A DNA stretch of 64,000 nucleotides, taken from Felis catus. Its lineage: Eukaryota. Under the pieces are notes generated by a model. That model was not told the DNA's origin. It ran no database searches and saw nothing but the letters and a program-made list of their open reading frames with translations. Both the position numbers and the translations under genes were made by a program. The stretch is from the NCBI RefSeq assembly GCF_018350175.1, contig NC_058369.1, positions 16,308,001 to 16,372,000 on the forward strand. Reading direction: 5' to 3'. Of the stretch, positions 45,563 through 58,537 are shown in pieces (within the stretch, counting starts at the first letter, position 1; each line of letters opens with the position of its first letter).

Positions 45563-46420
45563 ACTAGTGTTCTCTATCATCAAAATCAATTGCATATTTC
45601 TGTTAATGGTGATCTATAATATTTTATGCATTTAATTTTTAAAATGGCTTTTCATGCAGCGTTGCCAAATGCTGATATTAATCCATGAACCTATAGCTTC
45701 AAGCATATTCTTCCCTTGGAAGGCTTTAATGAGCTATTTTAAGTTTTTCTCTTGATGCTTGCCTTTCATCATGTCATTACATCGCAAATTAATCACTTCA
45801 CTGGAGTTGAGGTGCAAGCCCCTCGACTTTACAGTTAAATGGGTTTGAAATATGTAAATTTCCTTTGCGGCACTTACGCAGAGGTCCAGAAACTGCTTCT
45901 GGAATGATAGCAGAAAGCTCAGAAAATATATTCACTGCAAATTTGTGTGGGCATGCATATCTTGCTTAGTTTAACTTTGAACAGCACAAGAACTGTATAA
46001 AGCAACTTGACATAACTTCTGATGCAAAAAACATTAGCTATCGTCCAAATGATTTGACTATAGCATAGACAGCAATAGAAAACTAATACAGGAATGAGAA
46101 AGAATAGAGAGGATACAGTTATAAGGTCCTTGCACTTCCTGAAAAGCAAGTAGTATTATTTGAAAGAAGAGGGCAATTAATGAAAGATATATACTGTAAA
46201 CTCTAGGGAAATCAGGAAAAACAGTTACATAACTATCAATAAGACAACAGCAAAGATAAAATAGAATCATAAAAAATACTCCATTAATTTAACAGAAAGC
46301 AGGAACAGAGAAAAAGAGAAACGACATGGTACAAATAGAAGGCAATTGGCATGATAGATTTTAATCCAACAATATCAACACTTACACTAAAGGTGAATGT
46401 TCTATTAAAGAATTAATGCT

Positions 46421-46553
46421 TCTTTTTTTTTTTAAGTAGGTTCCACACCCAGCGTGGAGCCCAACATGGCACTCGAACTCACAACCCTGAGATCAAGACC
46501 TGAGCTGAGATCGAGAGTTGGACATTCAACCATCTGAGCCACCTAGGCGCCTC
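46421..46553 (-). mobile_element. Short SINEC
   Basis: Reverse-complement consensus. Confidence 0.75.
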
Positions 46554-46646
46554 GAATGAAAGCTTCTATTACGTGAATTAAGACAGTCAAACTGTTTTTT
46601 TTTAAAAAAAAAAAAAAACACAGCTCAAATATATAAAAACACAGCT

Positions 46647-46865
46647 TGGGGCGCCTGGGTGGCTCAGTCGGTTAAGCGTCCGACTTCGGCTCAGGTCGTG
46701 ATCTCACCGTCCATGAGTTCGAGCCCCGCGTCGGGCTCTGTGCTGACAGCTCGGAGCCTGGAGCCTGCTTCGGATTCTGTGTCTCCCTCTCTCTCTGACC
46801 CTCCCCCGTTCATGCTCTGTCTCTCTCTGTCTCAAAAATAAACATTAAAAAAATTTCTTTTTAAA
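46647..46865 (+). mobile_element. Young SINEC_Fc
   Basis: Consensus match; TSD ataaaaacacagctt. Confidence 0.92.
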
Positions 46866-48939
46866 TAAAAACACAGCTTAAATATAAAAACAGGGAGGTT
46901 ATAGGGAAAAGGATAGACTATGATATACGGCGCAAACACTAACTAAACAAAGGAGTGGCTCTATTACCAACAGCCAAAGCCAACCTCAGAGCAAAGGATA
47001 TTATCAGGGATAAGCAGAGACATTAATTACAGGTGATAAACAAAATTCTAAATGTGTATGTACCTAAATACACCTAACAACAGAGCTCAGAATTTACAGA
47101 GCAAGGAGAAAAAGACAACCTAACCAAAATTAGAATCTGGAACTTCAACATGTCTTTCTAAAATACTGATAGAACGAGTACACAGAGAACTAGTAAGCAT
47201 ATATAAGATCTGCAAAATACTATCAATGAGTTAGACCTAATGGACATTTATAGATATTCTATCCTAGCAACAGCAGGATACACTTTTTTTCCCAGTGTTT
47301 GTGAAACATACACCAAGAGAGACTGCATTATGGGCCATTAAAGAAGTGGTCATAAATTTAAAAAACGGAGACTGTACAAATTACATCATGCAGATACAGA
47401 TCATAACAGAAATTAGAATAACAGAAAAATGTCTTGAAAGTTGGCAAATGTTGCGAGTTTTTTAAAACTTGGAGTTTGGACTTCCAGAACGGCTTCGTGA
47501 AGAATTTGGTTGATTCTCTCTCTAGAGAAAAAGCTACTTAACTGGTGAAAGTTATTTTTTAAGAACCATGATGTCAGGTGTCTGGAAAAATCCTATGGGC
47601 ATACAAAACACTGAGAAATATTTATACGAGAAAATCTACAAAACTTGCTAAGAACAGCAGGAGCCTATGGCATTTGAGCCATAACCAGCTCTCATCCCCC
47701 CTCCTTAGCTCCGTTTTATGGAACTCTGCTATGAATAAGCGGCCAAGACGACGGATCCCCTTCTCCCCCGGCTAAGATTTCACCTCAGAAGAAGGAGGTA
47801 GCTCGTGTCTCTCCTTCCCCAAAGTCCATTTGCAGAAGCCCTGTTCCAACAGGCATGCCCAGGAGGACTGGAGCTCCCTTTCCGCACTTTGCTCCTACTC
47901 ACAGGGCAGAAGGTCAACCCCAGGCACGGCAGGCTGAGAGCACTGGGGCTTCGGGTGCCCCATCCCAGCTCACTCACAGGACAGAGGTTCCACCTGGGGA
48001 AGGGCCAGTGAGAAGCCCCATGGATTCCATCTGTTTCCCGGCGCCCACTCACGGGACAGGAGTTTCACTCGAGGAGAAGCAGGCTGCCACCCCCATCCTC
48101 GGCTCTGGTGCAGCAGCAGCACAAACATTCTGCCCAGGGGGACAGGCAGGCTGCAAGGAGGGCACTGCAGCTCTGTCTGAAATAACTGAATTTATTTGGA
48201 ACAGACGCAGAGAAATTCGTGCCTAAGGGAGTTGTTTAAAACATAGAGATCTTCCTGATTAGCAAGTAAGAGAGGGTTGATCGCTCCGTAACACTGGCCG
48301 CGACCAGTGAAATGGCAGACCGGCTGGAAGTTTAACAGAGAAAACTAGTTCAGAAAACTAGAAAGAAAACTAGAGAGAGCCAAAAAGACCATGCACACAC
48401 CACTGTGCACAAACTATGTCTTCTAGGGAGTGAATGGACAAGGAACTCCCAAGCTACTAGTCCCTGGCTGAATGTGTAGGGGAAAAGTAAATTCCCTAAG
48501 CTGTGAAAGCAGTCTCCAAGATAAACACACATATTCAACAGTAAATAGTGAAAATAAAACTGACTAAAGGCGCTTACACACGACCATTGACCAATGAGTG
48601 GCTTATGCTGATTCAGGAATCAACCCTAAAATAAGGGGGGGGGTGTGCAGGAATCTGAGCAAGGATATCTCAGAGACTGCAAAATGGAAGGAAAATAGAC
48701 TTCACAGGATTATCTTACCCAAGTCACTAAACAAATAAACAAATGACCAAACAAACGACATGACCATAAGTCCGGGGTGGGGCCAGGGGGCACAGAACCA
48801 GTGTCCAGATTCGCTACAATATATTACCTGTAGTCTGCCTTTCAGTGAAAAAATTGCAAGACATGCAAAGAAATAAGAAATGCACAGGGAAAAAGGCAGA
48901 TAATAAAAACTGTCCTTCAGGGGACATCTCAATTGAGAT

Positions 48940-49490
48940 GCAAGAAAGGATTCCACAAAATGTAACACCTTTTCGTGATAAAAACATTCAGTAAACTAGG
49001 AATAGAGAGAAATGTCCTAAATATGATAAAGGCCATATATGGAAAACCTACAGTGAACATCACACTCAGTGGTGGAAGATTAAAAGCGTTCGCCTAAGAT
49101 CAAGAACAAAACAAGGATGCCAACTTTCACCACTTCTATTCAACGTAGTGCTGAAAGGTCTAGCCACAGCAATTAGGCAAGAAAAAGAAATAAAGGCACC
49201 CAAATTGGCAAGAAGTAAAATTATCTCTGTTCATAGATGGCATGATCTTACCATAAAGGTTTCACAAAAAAGAACCTGTTAGCCATAATAAACAAATTCA
49301 CAAAAGTTGTAGGATACAAAATCAACCACAAATATCTATTCTCTAATGCATACACTAACAGTGAACAATCAAAAAGGAAATTAAGAGGGGCGCCTGGGTG
49401 GCTCGGTTGGTTAAGCATCTGACTCTTGGTTTCTGCTCAGGTCATGATCTCATGGCTTTGTGGGTTGGAGTAAAGTGAAGCCTGCTTGGG

Positions 49491-49542
<52 letters not shown>

Positions 49543-49970
49543 CTCTCTGACACTCCCCCACTCTCTCTCTGTCTCTCACAAAATAAACTTTTTTCAAAAA
49601 TGAAATTAAGAAAACAATCCCATTTACAACAGCATCAAAAAGAATAAAAATACTTAGGAATAAATAAATTTAAGCAAGGAGGTGAAACAACTGTACAATG
49701 ACAACTATAAAACACTGCTTGAGGAAATTAAAGACTTTAAGTAAACAGAATGACATCCTCTATTCATGGACTGGAAGACTTAATGCAGTCTTGTTAAAAT
49801 AATATTATCCAACGCAATCTGCAGATTCAATGGAATCCCTACCAAAATCTCAGTGACTTCTTTTGCAGAAATAGGAAAACCTATTCTAAAATTCATATGG
49901 AAACTTATGAACCCCAAATAGCCAAAACAATCTTGAAAAAGAAATCCAAGTTGGAAGACACATTTTCTGA
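48940..49970 (+). mobile_element. Old L1 ORF2 (RT region) fragment with a nested SINEC at 49387-49600
   Basis: caaggatgccaactttcaccacttctattcaac; degenerate LFADDM-like motif (ctgttcatagatggcatg). Confidence 0.8.
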
Positions 49971-50339
49971 TCCTGAGGATGGCAGAGCACAGAGGAGTGA
50001 AATGTAGGTCCTGGCTGTACCCACCGAAGCCATCTGACATCTGGACTCCTGAGGAACAGCCATCTACTAGTCTCCTTTATACTCAGAGCCACATGACATC
50101 AGTGTTCTGTTCCCTATCACAAAGCCTCTTCTGATTGTCACAGACATTCTTTTGACTTCCCCTTCTGGAGTCTGTGTATGACCCTCCCGGTCCCCACATC
50201 CACATCCAGGTTCCATCTGGGGACAAAGCCTTCTGCCCCTACCCCGGGGGGCGGGGGGAGGGGGGGCATCACAGGTACATGATGGAGATACCTCTCATCA
50301 AGTCTCTTTTGAAAATTTAAATTCTCATTTTTATGAGGG

Positions 50340-50510
50340 GAAAGTAGGAAAGTGGGGAGAAGAAGAAAAAGCAGGGGAAGGAGGGAATTAAATGTGAAGA
50401 GGGGCGAAGGGAGGGGAGAGGAGGGAAGGTAAAAGGGGAAAGGAAGGAGGTGAGGAGAGCATAGGGAGGCAAGGAGAAGGGAAGTGGAAGGAGGGAAAGA
50501 AAGGAAGAAA
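50340..50510. repeat. Polypurine (GA-rich) low-complexity tract
   Basis: Direct reading. Confidence 0.8.
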
Positions 50511-50748
50511 CTGAGTCATATGCAGGTAGGAAGATACAGAAGGCACTTGCCTTCCAAAACAAATCGAAATGAACCAACTGAAAAATTAATAAAACTATAA
50601 GAAAATAGACTAAGAGGGCTGGGAGAAAAGATCAATATACCAAATCAATAACTTCTATCCTGCAGCAATCACAAATTAGAAAATGTAATAGAAAACAAGC
50701 GATTCCACTAATGATAGCCACACCCATTTTTAAAAATACCTACAAAAT

Positions 50749-50856
50749 GGGGTATCTGAGTGGCTCAGTGTTAAGCAACTGACTTCAGCTCAGGTCATGA
50801 TCTCACGGTTCATGAGTTCAAGCCCTACATCGGGTGTTCACGAGAATTCTCTCCCC

Positions 50857-50904
<48 letters not shown>

Positions 50905-50960
50905 CCTCGCTCACTTGTATCCTCTCTCTCTAAAAAAATAATAATAAACAAACAAACAAA
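50749..50960 (+). mobile_element. SINEC with (CT)n expansion
   Basis: Consensus match. Confidence 0.8.
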
Positions 50961-51156
50961 CCTAGGAACTGACATTACACCATTAGCCCAGGACCCTCTG
51001 ACCCTTTCCAATCCCTCCCCTCCTCACTAAAGGGGCTCCAGCCTCCCTGGCCTCCTTGATGGGCCTCATGACCTCCTGCCTCCTGGCCTTTGTACTGGCT
51101 GCTCCCTCTGTCCCCAGATATCCAGAGAGTTCATTTCCTCACCTCCTAGGTCTATA

Positions 51157-51790
51157 CAAGGGTTGGCAAACTTTTTCTGTAAAGGGCCAGATACGAAATA
51201 TCTTAGGCCCTGTGGGCCAAGAGACAAAATCAAGAATATTATACACATAGTTAAATAGAACAGAGAAAACAAACTTCCACAAAATATTTATTGATGAAAT
51301 TCAAAATATAATCACAACTGGGGTGCCTGGGTGGCTCAGTCGGTTAAGTGTCCAACTTCGGCTCAGGTCATGACCTCACAGTTCGTGGGTTCAAGCCCCA
51401 TGTCAGGCTCTGTGCTGACAGCTCAGAGCCTGGAACCTGCTTCGGATTCTGTGTCTCCCTCTCTGTCCTTCCCCTGCTCATGCTCTGTCTCTCTCTCTCT
51501 CTCTCTCTCAAAAATAAATAAGCATTAAAAATATATATATATATAAAATAAATAAAATTAAAAAAATAAAAAAATTTTAATAATTAAAATATGTATATAT
51601 AATCACCACTGAGTACTATTTTTTTGTCTTTATTTTTTGGTAATACAGGTTTACCAAGGAGAAAGAATGGAGTTCTTTTAAGGGGATACCATCAGTGTTA
51701 AGTGTTCCGGATCGTGGAATTGACTGCAAATGCTCTTCTGTAAGAACCACTCTCAGCTCAGAGGTGGCAGGCCAGATTTGGTCTGTACTC
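51157..51790. mobile_element. MER58C-like hAT element with a nested SINEC_Fc (51320-51590)
   Basis: caagggttggcaaactttttctgtaaagggccagata start; ggccagatttggtctg end. Confidence 0.65.
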
Positions 51791-52899
51791 AAATGTCACC
51801 TCCCCGATGAGGCTCTCCCAGGACACCCTCTCAAAAGCTGTGCCCTCCACCCAGTCTTCCCCCCTTATCCTTTGATGATCTATGCTGCACTATGTATTTC
51901 ACTCATGTATACATCAACCGCCCTCCCCTTTCACGTCTAAACGTTCCGCCTGTAGGTTCGTCTTGCCACTGCTATAGTCCCAGCCCCTGGCACACGCCTG
52001 GCACCTGGTAGGCACTTGATACACGTCTGAATGAAAACACAGAATCGGAGCGCAAGAACGTAGATAACTCTCAAGTGCTTAGAGAAGTGCCTGGCTTGTG
52101 CTGTGCTCAAGAAGTATTAGTCACTGTTATTGTCACTTGCAGGAGGGGCCCAAGCATCCGGACGGTGCAGGCCCCAGAGCCGACAAACAAAATTTCTAGC
52201 CACCAGCCACCGCCACGTCCTGCCTACCTGCCTGCGGCATCTCCTCTGTCTCCCTGCTCCCTCTGCGGCTCCTAGTCTCTGTCCCTCCACTGGATCCTGC
52301 GTCCCCCTCTGGCTCTCTCAGTCTTTGTCCCTCGTTTACAGAGGGGACTTCAGGACCAGCTCCCAGGGCTCCTCGCCCCTCAGGCAGAGGCCCCACTCAC
52401 TACGGAGATGCCTTAGCTCCACTCTCCTCCATTCTGTCCCCCACCCCACGCCCTCAGTGCCTAAAGATTCTGGCCCCCATGTCTCCACGTGACTAGGTGC
52501 ACCTCTCTGCTGACCCTTCACTGAGCACTGCGACTCTGCCAGGACACCTGACTTGTCCCTATCTACCCCAGGCTGCCAATTCCCCAGGCCGTACCCCTGC
52601 CTCCGCCACCCTGCTCCAAGAAGCTCAGGCCTGATCCCTGCCCCCCAGCTTCTGAGAGCCCCTCCCCCTGCCCTCGGGAAATTTCTCGTTGCTGGGGTAC
52701 AGCCGCTCTCCCTCGCTGGTCCCCTCTCTAATCCCACAACAGCCCCGTCCTACAAGAGAGGAAATGCCAGGTGAGGGGTCGAGCGCTCTGCCACACAAGG
52801 AGGCAGGGGTGAAGCAGGACCCTGGGCAGGGCTGGAAAGGGCTTCTGGCAGTACAGCAGACAGAAAGCGACGGCAGACAGAAAGATGGACAGATTTTTG

Positions 52900-53963
52900 G
52901 GTGAGCGGCGGCTGAGCTGGGACTAGAAGCCGGAGGCCCTCCTCCCCGCCCGACTTCTCCGCAAGACCAGGCGTCAGGGGCTCACCCGGGAGCCGGCTCC
53001 CGCCCCCTGGCCCAGCGCCAGCCGTCATCCCCGTGAGGTCAGCCACCGGCCCGCGATTTCGGGGAAATACCAGCTCCTTATTAAAACCAGGCGGTGGTCA
53101 GGCCCCTGCTGCTTTCCCAGTAGAAACTAGGGTGTTTGTTCCGAGAGCAACGAGAGTGGGCAGGGCCTGGCCAGCGCCGCGGGCGGGAGGCGGGAGCCGC
53201 AGCACCTACCTGGCCGGGGGTCCGGGCGTCCCGGGGAGCCGGGCAGGGGGAGGGGGCGCACCCCGAGGTGTGGGCCAGGGCCGCGGCGGGGGGCGGGGGA
53301 AGCACACAGCACAGGAAAGCGGGGCCGACCGGGGAGGAGGGGCGTGGGCTGGTGACCGGGAAAGCACGCGGGAGCCGGCGGGACAGCCCCCCCACCCCCA
53401 CCCGCAGCGGCTCCGACCGCGGGCGGGGGGCCTGAGGCCCTCCCCTTCCGGGCGGGCGGTGCGCCCCGAGCCGCCCGCCGCTCCCTGCAGGGGGCGCCCG
53501 AGCGCCGCGCTCCCGGCCGGGCCGCCGGCATCTGGAGCGAGTTAGGCCGGGGAGGCCGGCGGGCGGCGGCGTGAGCTCATCCCGGCCCGCCCGCTGCGGT
53601 CCCGGCGCTGGAAGCGAACGGAACAGAAGCGCCGCGCCGCGGGCCGATCGGGGCAGCGCGGCGGGAGCGCGACTCCGCCCGGAATGTGGGTGCGAGTGGA
53701 GAGGCGGTGTTGTGTGTGTCGCTGGCGCGCCGCCGAGGGAGGGCTGAGTCCCGGGAGCCGGCCGCCAGCGTGTGTCGCTGTAGGTCACCGCGTGTCGTGG
53801 CTTGTGAGGGTGTGTGTGTGTGTTCCCGTGGGGCAAACACCGCGTGTGACAAGTTACGCGCATCCCAGCACACAGTCGTCATTCTACCAAGTGCGGAGAG
53901 GGGAGAGGGCCGGCTGGACCGCACAAAGCTGGGTCTCCTGGCTCCCTGCCACTGATCCCCTTC

Positions 53964-54009
<46 letters not shown>

Positions 54010-54100
54010 CGCACGCAGAACAACGAGCCCGCCCACCGTGCCCCGCAGTGCCGGCGTCCACCTCCCCTCTGCCCACACACAAACTTACCCTTCCCGGTCA
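52900..54100. promoter_or_regulatory. Orphan CpG island with CTCF-like motif (53484-53497) and GC boxes
   Basis: Very high GC/CpG; CCTGCAGGGGGCGC; no recognisable coding exon. Confidence 0.75.
53967..54012. repeat. (GT)n(GC)n microsatellite
   Basis: Direct reading; alternating purine-pyrimidine tract. Confidence 0.9.
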
Positions 54101-57100
54101 CTGCCCCAGGTCCCCACCCCTGCATCCTCAGGCCCTCTCCTCCTTCAGGAGGGAAGGAGAGACCACTTCACACCCACTTCACACCGGGGTCACGGTCACG
54201 GCTAACAGTGGCACACAGAGACCACACGAGGAGACCTTCGTATAAGAAACTCCTTCCTGTTAGCAGGGCTCCCAAGTGGGAGAACCCACAGGCAGGTTGC
54301 AAGGTAGTTAGCAGCCTAGAGAGGTCCCTTGGGGAAATGCGCTCATCCCTGCCAGCCGGGGGGAGGGGGGAGCAGGAGAGGCTGGAGGTCACTGAACCCT
54401 GCAATGGGCCCTGGGGTTACTGCACAGGGTCTGAAGGGCCTCCAAGGCCCCAGCACCCCCAGGGCCAGGAGCCAGGGTGGGGAACATGGCACTGTGGCCA
54501 TCCCCAGACACAGAGTGGGGAGCTGGGGCTAGAGGAGATGTCTCTGAGCATCCAGGGCTCCCCTGACCCATCAGGCTGGTCCCGGCCTTTGACCCTCACC
54601 TAAAGGATCAGCTGTGCCAGCTTTGGGTATCTGTAGCCCCAGCTGTGCTAGAGACCTTAGGGGGGTAGCCCTGGCCACCCAGCACCCACCAGCCTTCCTC
54701 GCGGGGCTTGCAGCACTGTTATGCTCCCATCCTCTTCCCTTCACCCCACAGCTGGGCAGTGGCTCTGAGACAAGGACCCTGCCTGCAAGATGGGGCACAG
54801 GAGTCTGTCCCCCTTCCTCACCAGCTGTTGCCCCTGGGGCCCAAAGTACACGTTTGCAAAGGGTTGGCCAAGAGCTCCAGGCCTCTGAGTCACCTCCGGG
54901 CCTCCACGTGAGACGAAAGGATGCCCTGGCCTGGCTACGCCTCCACACAGAGTGTAAACTCTAAAGGGACAGGCATCTACTGTAGCCAAAGGGGTCCTCA
55001 GCTCCCAGGACACAGGCTCAGCTCTCAAGACACTGGGGCAAGCTGGGTGAGGGTGTTTTTTGTTGTTGTTGTTGTTGTTTTCAACTGGAATGACTCTGGT
55101 TTGTATAACCAGAGCTTCCAAATTACTTAGGAAAACATGTTTGCTTTTTAATTAACATGTGCTTGCAAACAATGGTTTTAATTAAAGTGGGTGGGGGGAG
55201 GGAAGGGACATGGGGGAGAATATTTCAAGGAGCTCCAAGTCCTGGGCCAGACTTCTTAAAAATAAAGTGGGAGCTTTGCCCCAAGCCAGCAGAAGCTGGG
55301 AGGCCAGGCTCTTTGGGAAGCTCCAAGAACACCCCTACCTGCCTCCACCCCTCTCCGGCTCCTTTGTTGAGAATTCACCCTATTGCTGATGGTTAAGTTG
55401 CTCACGTACCTACTGTTCCCTGGGCCCCCTGGGAAGGGGTGGTCTTTTAGAAGGCCATTTTGCAGGTAGATGGAGCGGGGTCCACCAGATAAGAAAGAGG
55501 GGACAGCATGAGTGGAGACGTGAGAGTGCGGGCTTTGTTGGGGGAATATTAAGTTTACTGGGGAGGGAGAGAGTAGAGGTGGGGGAAGGTGACCTGTGAA
55601 AAAGCCGGATTCCCCAGACTGGTGGACTGAAAGGGTAGTGCTGGACTGGGAGGCACTGATGTCCAAGTCCCAAGGAGATAGGTAGGGGGAGGTGAGCTGG
55701 GGCCAGGGATATAGGGGTGGAAGGCTGCTTTGGGCAGAGGGATTGGTGGAGGAAGGGGAGGGACTGTGGAGATTAGAAGTCAGGAGGTGGCCTGGAATCA
55801 GGGCCCTGGGGCTTGCTGGTCAGAGGTGGCTGCTGCAGGTTTGGTGGGATCCAGCAGGGGGCAGCGTGGGCCCCCTCATCCTGGATTCAGGATGCACCCA
55901 ATCAGTGCTCTGTTCAGGAAGAGTGAGAATGAAGAAAGAGATGTTCCCTCCAAGTCAGCTACACTTTCTCCCTTTTCTGACTTTTAGAGCCAATACTGGA
56001 GTGCAGCCCAGGGTCAGAGGTCAGCACCGGGATGGGACGGTGCCCCCACCCCCTCTCACATGCAGACAAAGGGAGATTGAGAGGAAGGTTTTGGGGAATA
56101 AGGGCACCCACCGCCAAGGCTCGGGTCAGGTGGCCCCTGGCTCCAGATCCCGGGGGCCCCACCAGGACCCTGTTTCTCATTAGGGGCCCTCTAGCCTCCC
56201 CCAGTCTGCGCCCCCACATGAAACGTGCCTCCCTGTACTTAATTCATTACGCCAGGCAGGGTGGGAGGCCCAGCGGGTGGGGGTTATTTTTTTCCCCTGA
56301 GCTCAGACATTCCTCGCTTTATTATTCTCCACATTTCAAAGCAGCTGTCGCCTCCCGCCGCCCCCCACCGCCCCCAGCCCGAAGCTCAGAGTCCAGAAGG
56401 GGCCTCTCCAGGGCTCAGAACGGCAGAGGCTTCCACACCTCCAGCCCAGCACAGGAGAGAGACTGAGGCTCGGAGCTAGAGCTCCAGGACAACGTGCAGG
56501 GACCTCCCCCCACAGTCTGCACCTGAACTTACCTCCCCCCAAGCTTGGATCCCCGCTGCCCTGTCACCCTCTTGTAACACTGTCTTCCCTGTCTCTATTC
56601 ACCCTCTCTGGGCTACCTTCCACACTGGTGACCTCAGAGGCCCCCTCTACAATGCAGAGCCGGCCCTGGCGTCTCCTGCCTGGAGCAGGTGCTAGAACAG
56701 CCCTCAGGGGCCCCGCCCTGCTCAGGGCATTAACAAACCGAGCTCTGGCTGGGTCAGCAACCTTACAGAGGGCAAGGCCCATCCTGGATCCAAGGGATCA
56801 GCCCAGAGGACGGCAGGGCTGGGGTCAGCCTAGAGAGTCACCTAGAGGCCAGGCCGGGGAGCAACAGTTCTAAGGACCCAGTTTTGGAGAACTAGGGAGG
56901 CCCTGGACAAACTGTTGCCCCACATCAGGAAGCTGCCCACTCAGCAGAAACGCCTCAACAGGGGGTGAGTTTCCTGTTGCTGGGGGTGTTCAAGCAAACA
57001 GCAGCTCATCAGACTCGCCCTGGAAGAAAAGAGGTTGGCCCAGGTGTCTGAGGCCCCTTCCTGCCCAACTTTGAGGTCGGAACCCAAGGCCGGCAGGGAA

Positions 57101-57481
57101 GGCACCCATTCCAGATGAATGGAATTAGAGGTCCCTCCTCGCTCACTCCGGGATGGCCAGACGGGTCTGGAAGCATAGGCCGAGCTGTAAGGACAGGACA
57201 CTTGGGAGCGGGGCCAAGACCAGAGCAGGATCTGGCAAAGGCATTTTCCTTGTCACCTCACCACAGTGTCCTGGCACCTGGGGGAGAGCTGTGAGCACAA
57301 GCAGGTGATGGTTGTGTCCTGATGAGTTAAATGCGGTCTGACCCAGGCCCTGGTCCCCGAGCCTGCAGGCTTCAGGGCCTCCACCTAAGAGAGGGACTGT
57401 GACCTCGGGGGAAACTGAGGCAGGAGCCTAGGCGGGGCAGGCAACCCCGGGGGTGCTGAGGACTGAGTGCGGAAGCCACTC

Positions 57482-57671
57482 TTTTTTCCGTTTTAATGTT
57501 TATTTATTTTTGAGAGAGAGAGAGAGAGCATGGAGAGAAGGAGACAGGGGATCTGAAGCAGGCTCCTCAATGATGACAGAGAGCCCGATGCGGGGCTCAA
57601 ACCCACAAACCGCGGGATCATGACCTGAGCCGAAGTCAGATGCTCAACCAACTGAGCCCCCCAGGCGCCCC
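57482..57671 (-). mobile_element. SINEC
   Basis: Reverse-complement consensus. Confidence 0.85.
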
Positions 57672-58537
57672 TGGAGGCCACCCCTGATACCATCTCGCCG
57701 CTGCTGACCTGAGAGCCAGGCATGTCCACCCTACGTGTGGGGCTTGATGACCGGATCCTGATTCTTCAGAGGGTCAGAGTCACTCTGTGATATGGCCCTG
57801 GAGGGTTCGCGCCTTCCACCCAAGCCTAGGGGCCCAGGGCCTGCCCACACCCCCAGCTCTACTCTTCAGACCTACCCCAGGGACCCCCTTACTACAAGGA
57901 AGGCACCCTCTGGGGCATGGACTGCACAGAGCCTGAGCTCCTGAGAGACGGAGAAGCTATCAGTTAGTCCGGAGCTGGCTTAACATGCGGCTGTGGATCT
58001 GGGTGTATCTCCCTCCTGGGGGCTCCCAGCCCTGGGCCCCTTTACTCAGATCAGGCCGTGCAGAGGGAACCCCTGAAGCTCCTGGGATGTGCTCAGCTTC
58101 CCCCCTCATCTGTCCCTCAGCCCTGAGCACTGTTTCTCTTCCCCGAGTTGGAAACCATTGAACATGTGCCGTCCTGTCTCTGCAGCTACCATCCCGCCCC
58201 TGTGCTGCAGCTAGAGACAAGGGGCTGTGGCCACTGGCTTCCCACTCCCAGCTGCAGGTGGGAACAGGTATAGGCATCCAAAGGTTTGGGGACACTCCGA
58301 ATCACAGGGTCCCAGAGTCTGCAATGAAGGGAATGGAAGCGTCCCCCCCCCCCAACCCTGTGTGCCCCCTCCCCCAGCCCCGGCCCCGTCAGTGCCCGTT
58401 TGTCTTAAGGGCTCATCTGCACTGCCCCTGCCAAGTCTCCACTCCCTGCTCTGTTCCAGCCTCTGTTCCAGCTGGCAGGGCCAGGCCTCTGTTAGCCATC
58501 ACAGAGGGAGCACAGGCATCTGATGATGACAGGACAG

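Larger units (their letters stand above)
43616..46050. mobile_element. hAT-Charlie (MER58/Cheshire-like) DNA transposon carrying nested SINE and L1
   Basis: MER58-like terminus (cagaggtcaataaatgttttctataaagagccag...aaatattttagg); similar to the element at 51157; resumes after the L1 at ~45575. Confidence 0.5.

Noticed and set aside
53033..54603. Several long overlapping ORFs (170-260 aa)
   Set aside because: Low-complexity translations of CpG-island and microsatellite DNA with no domain.
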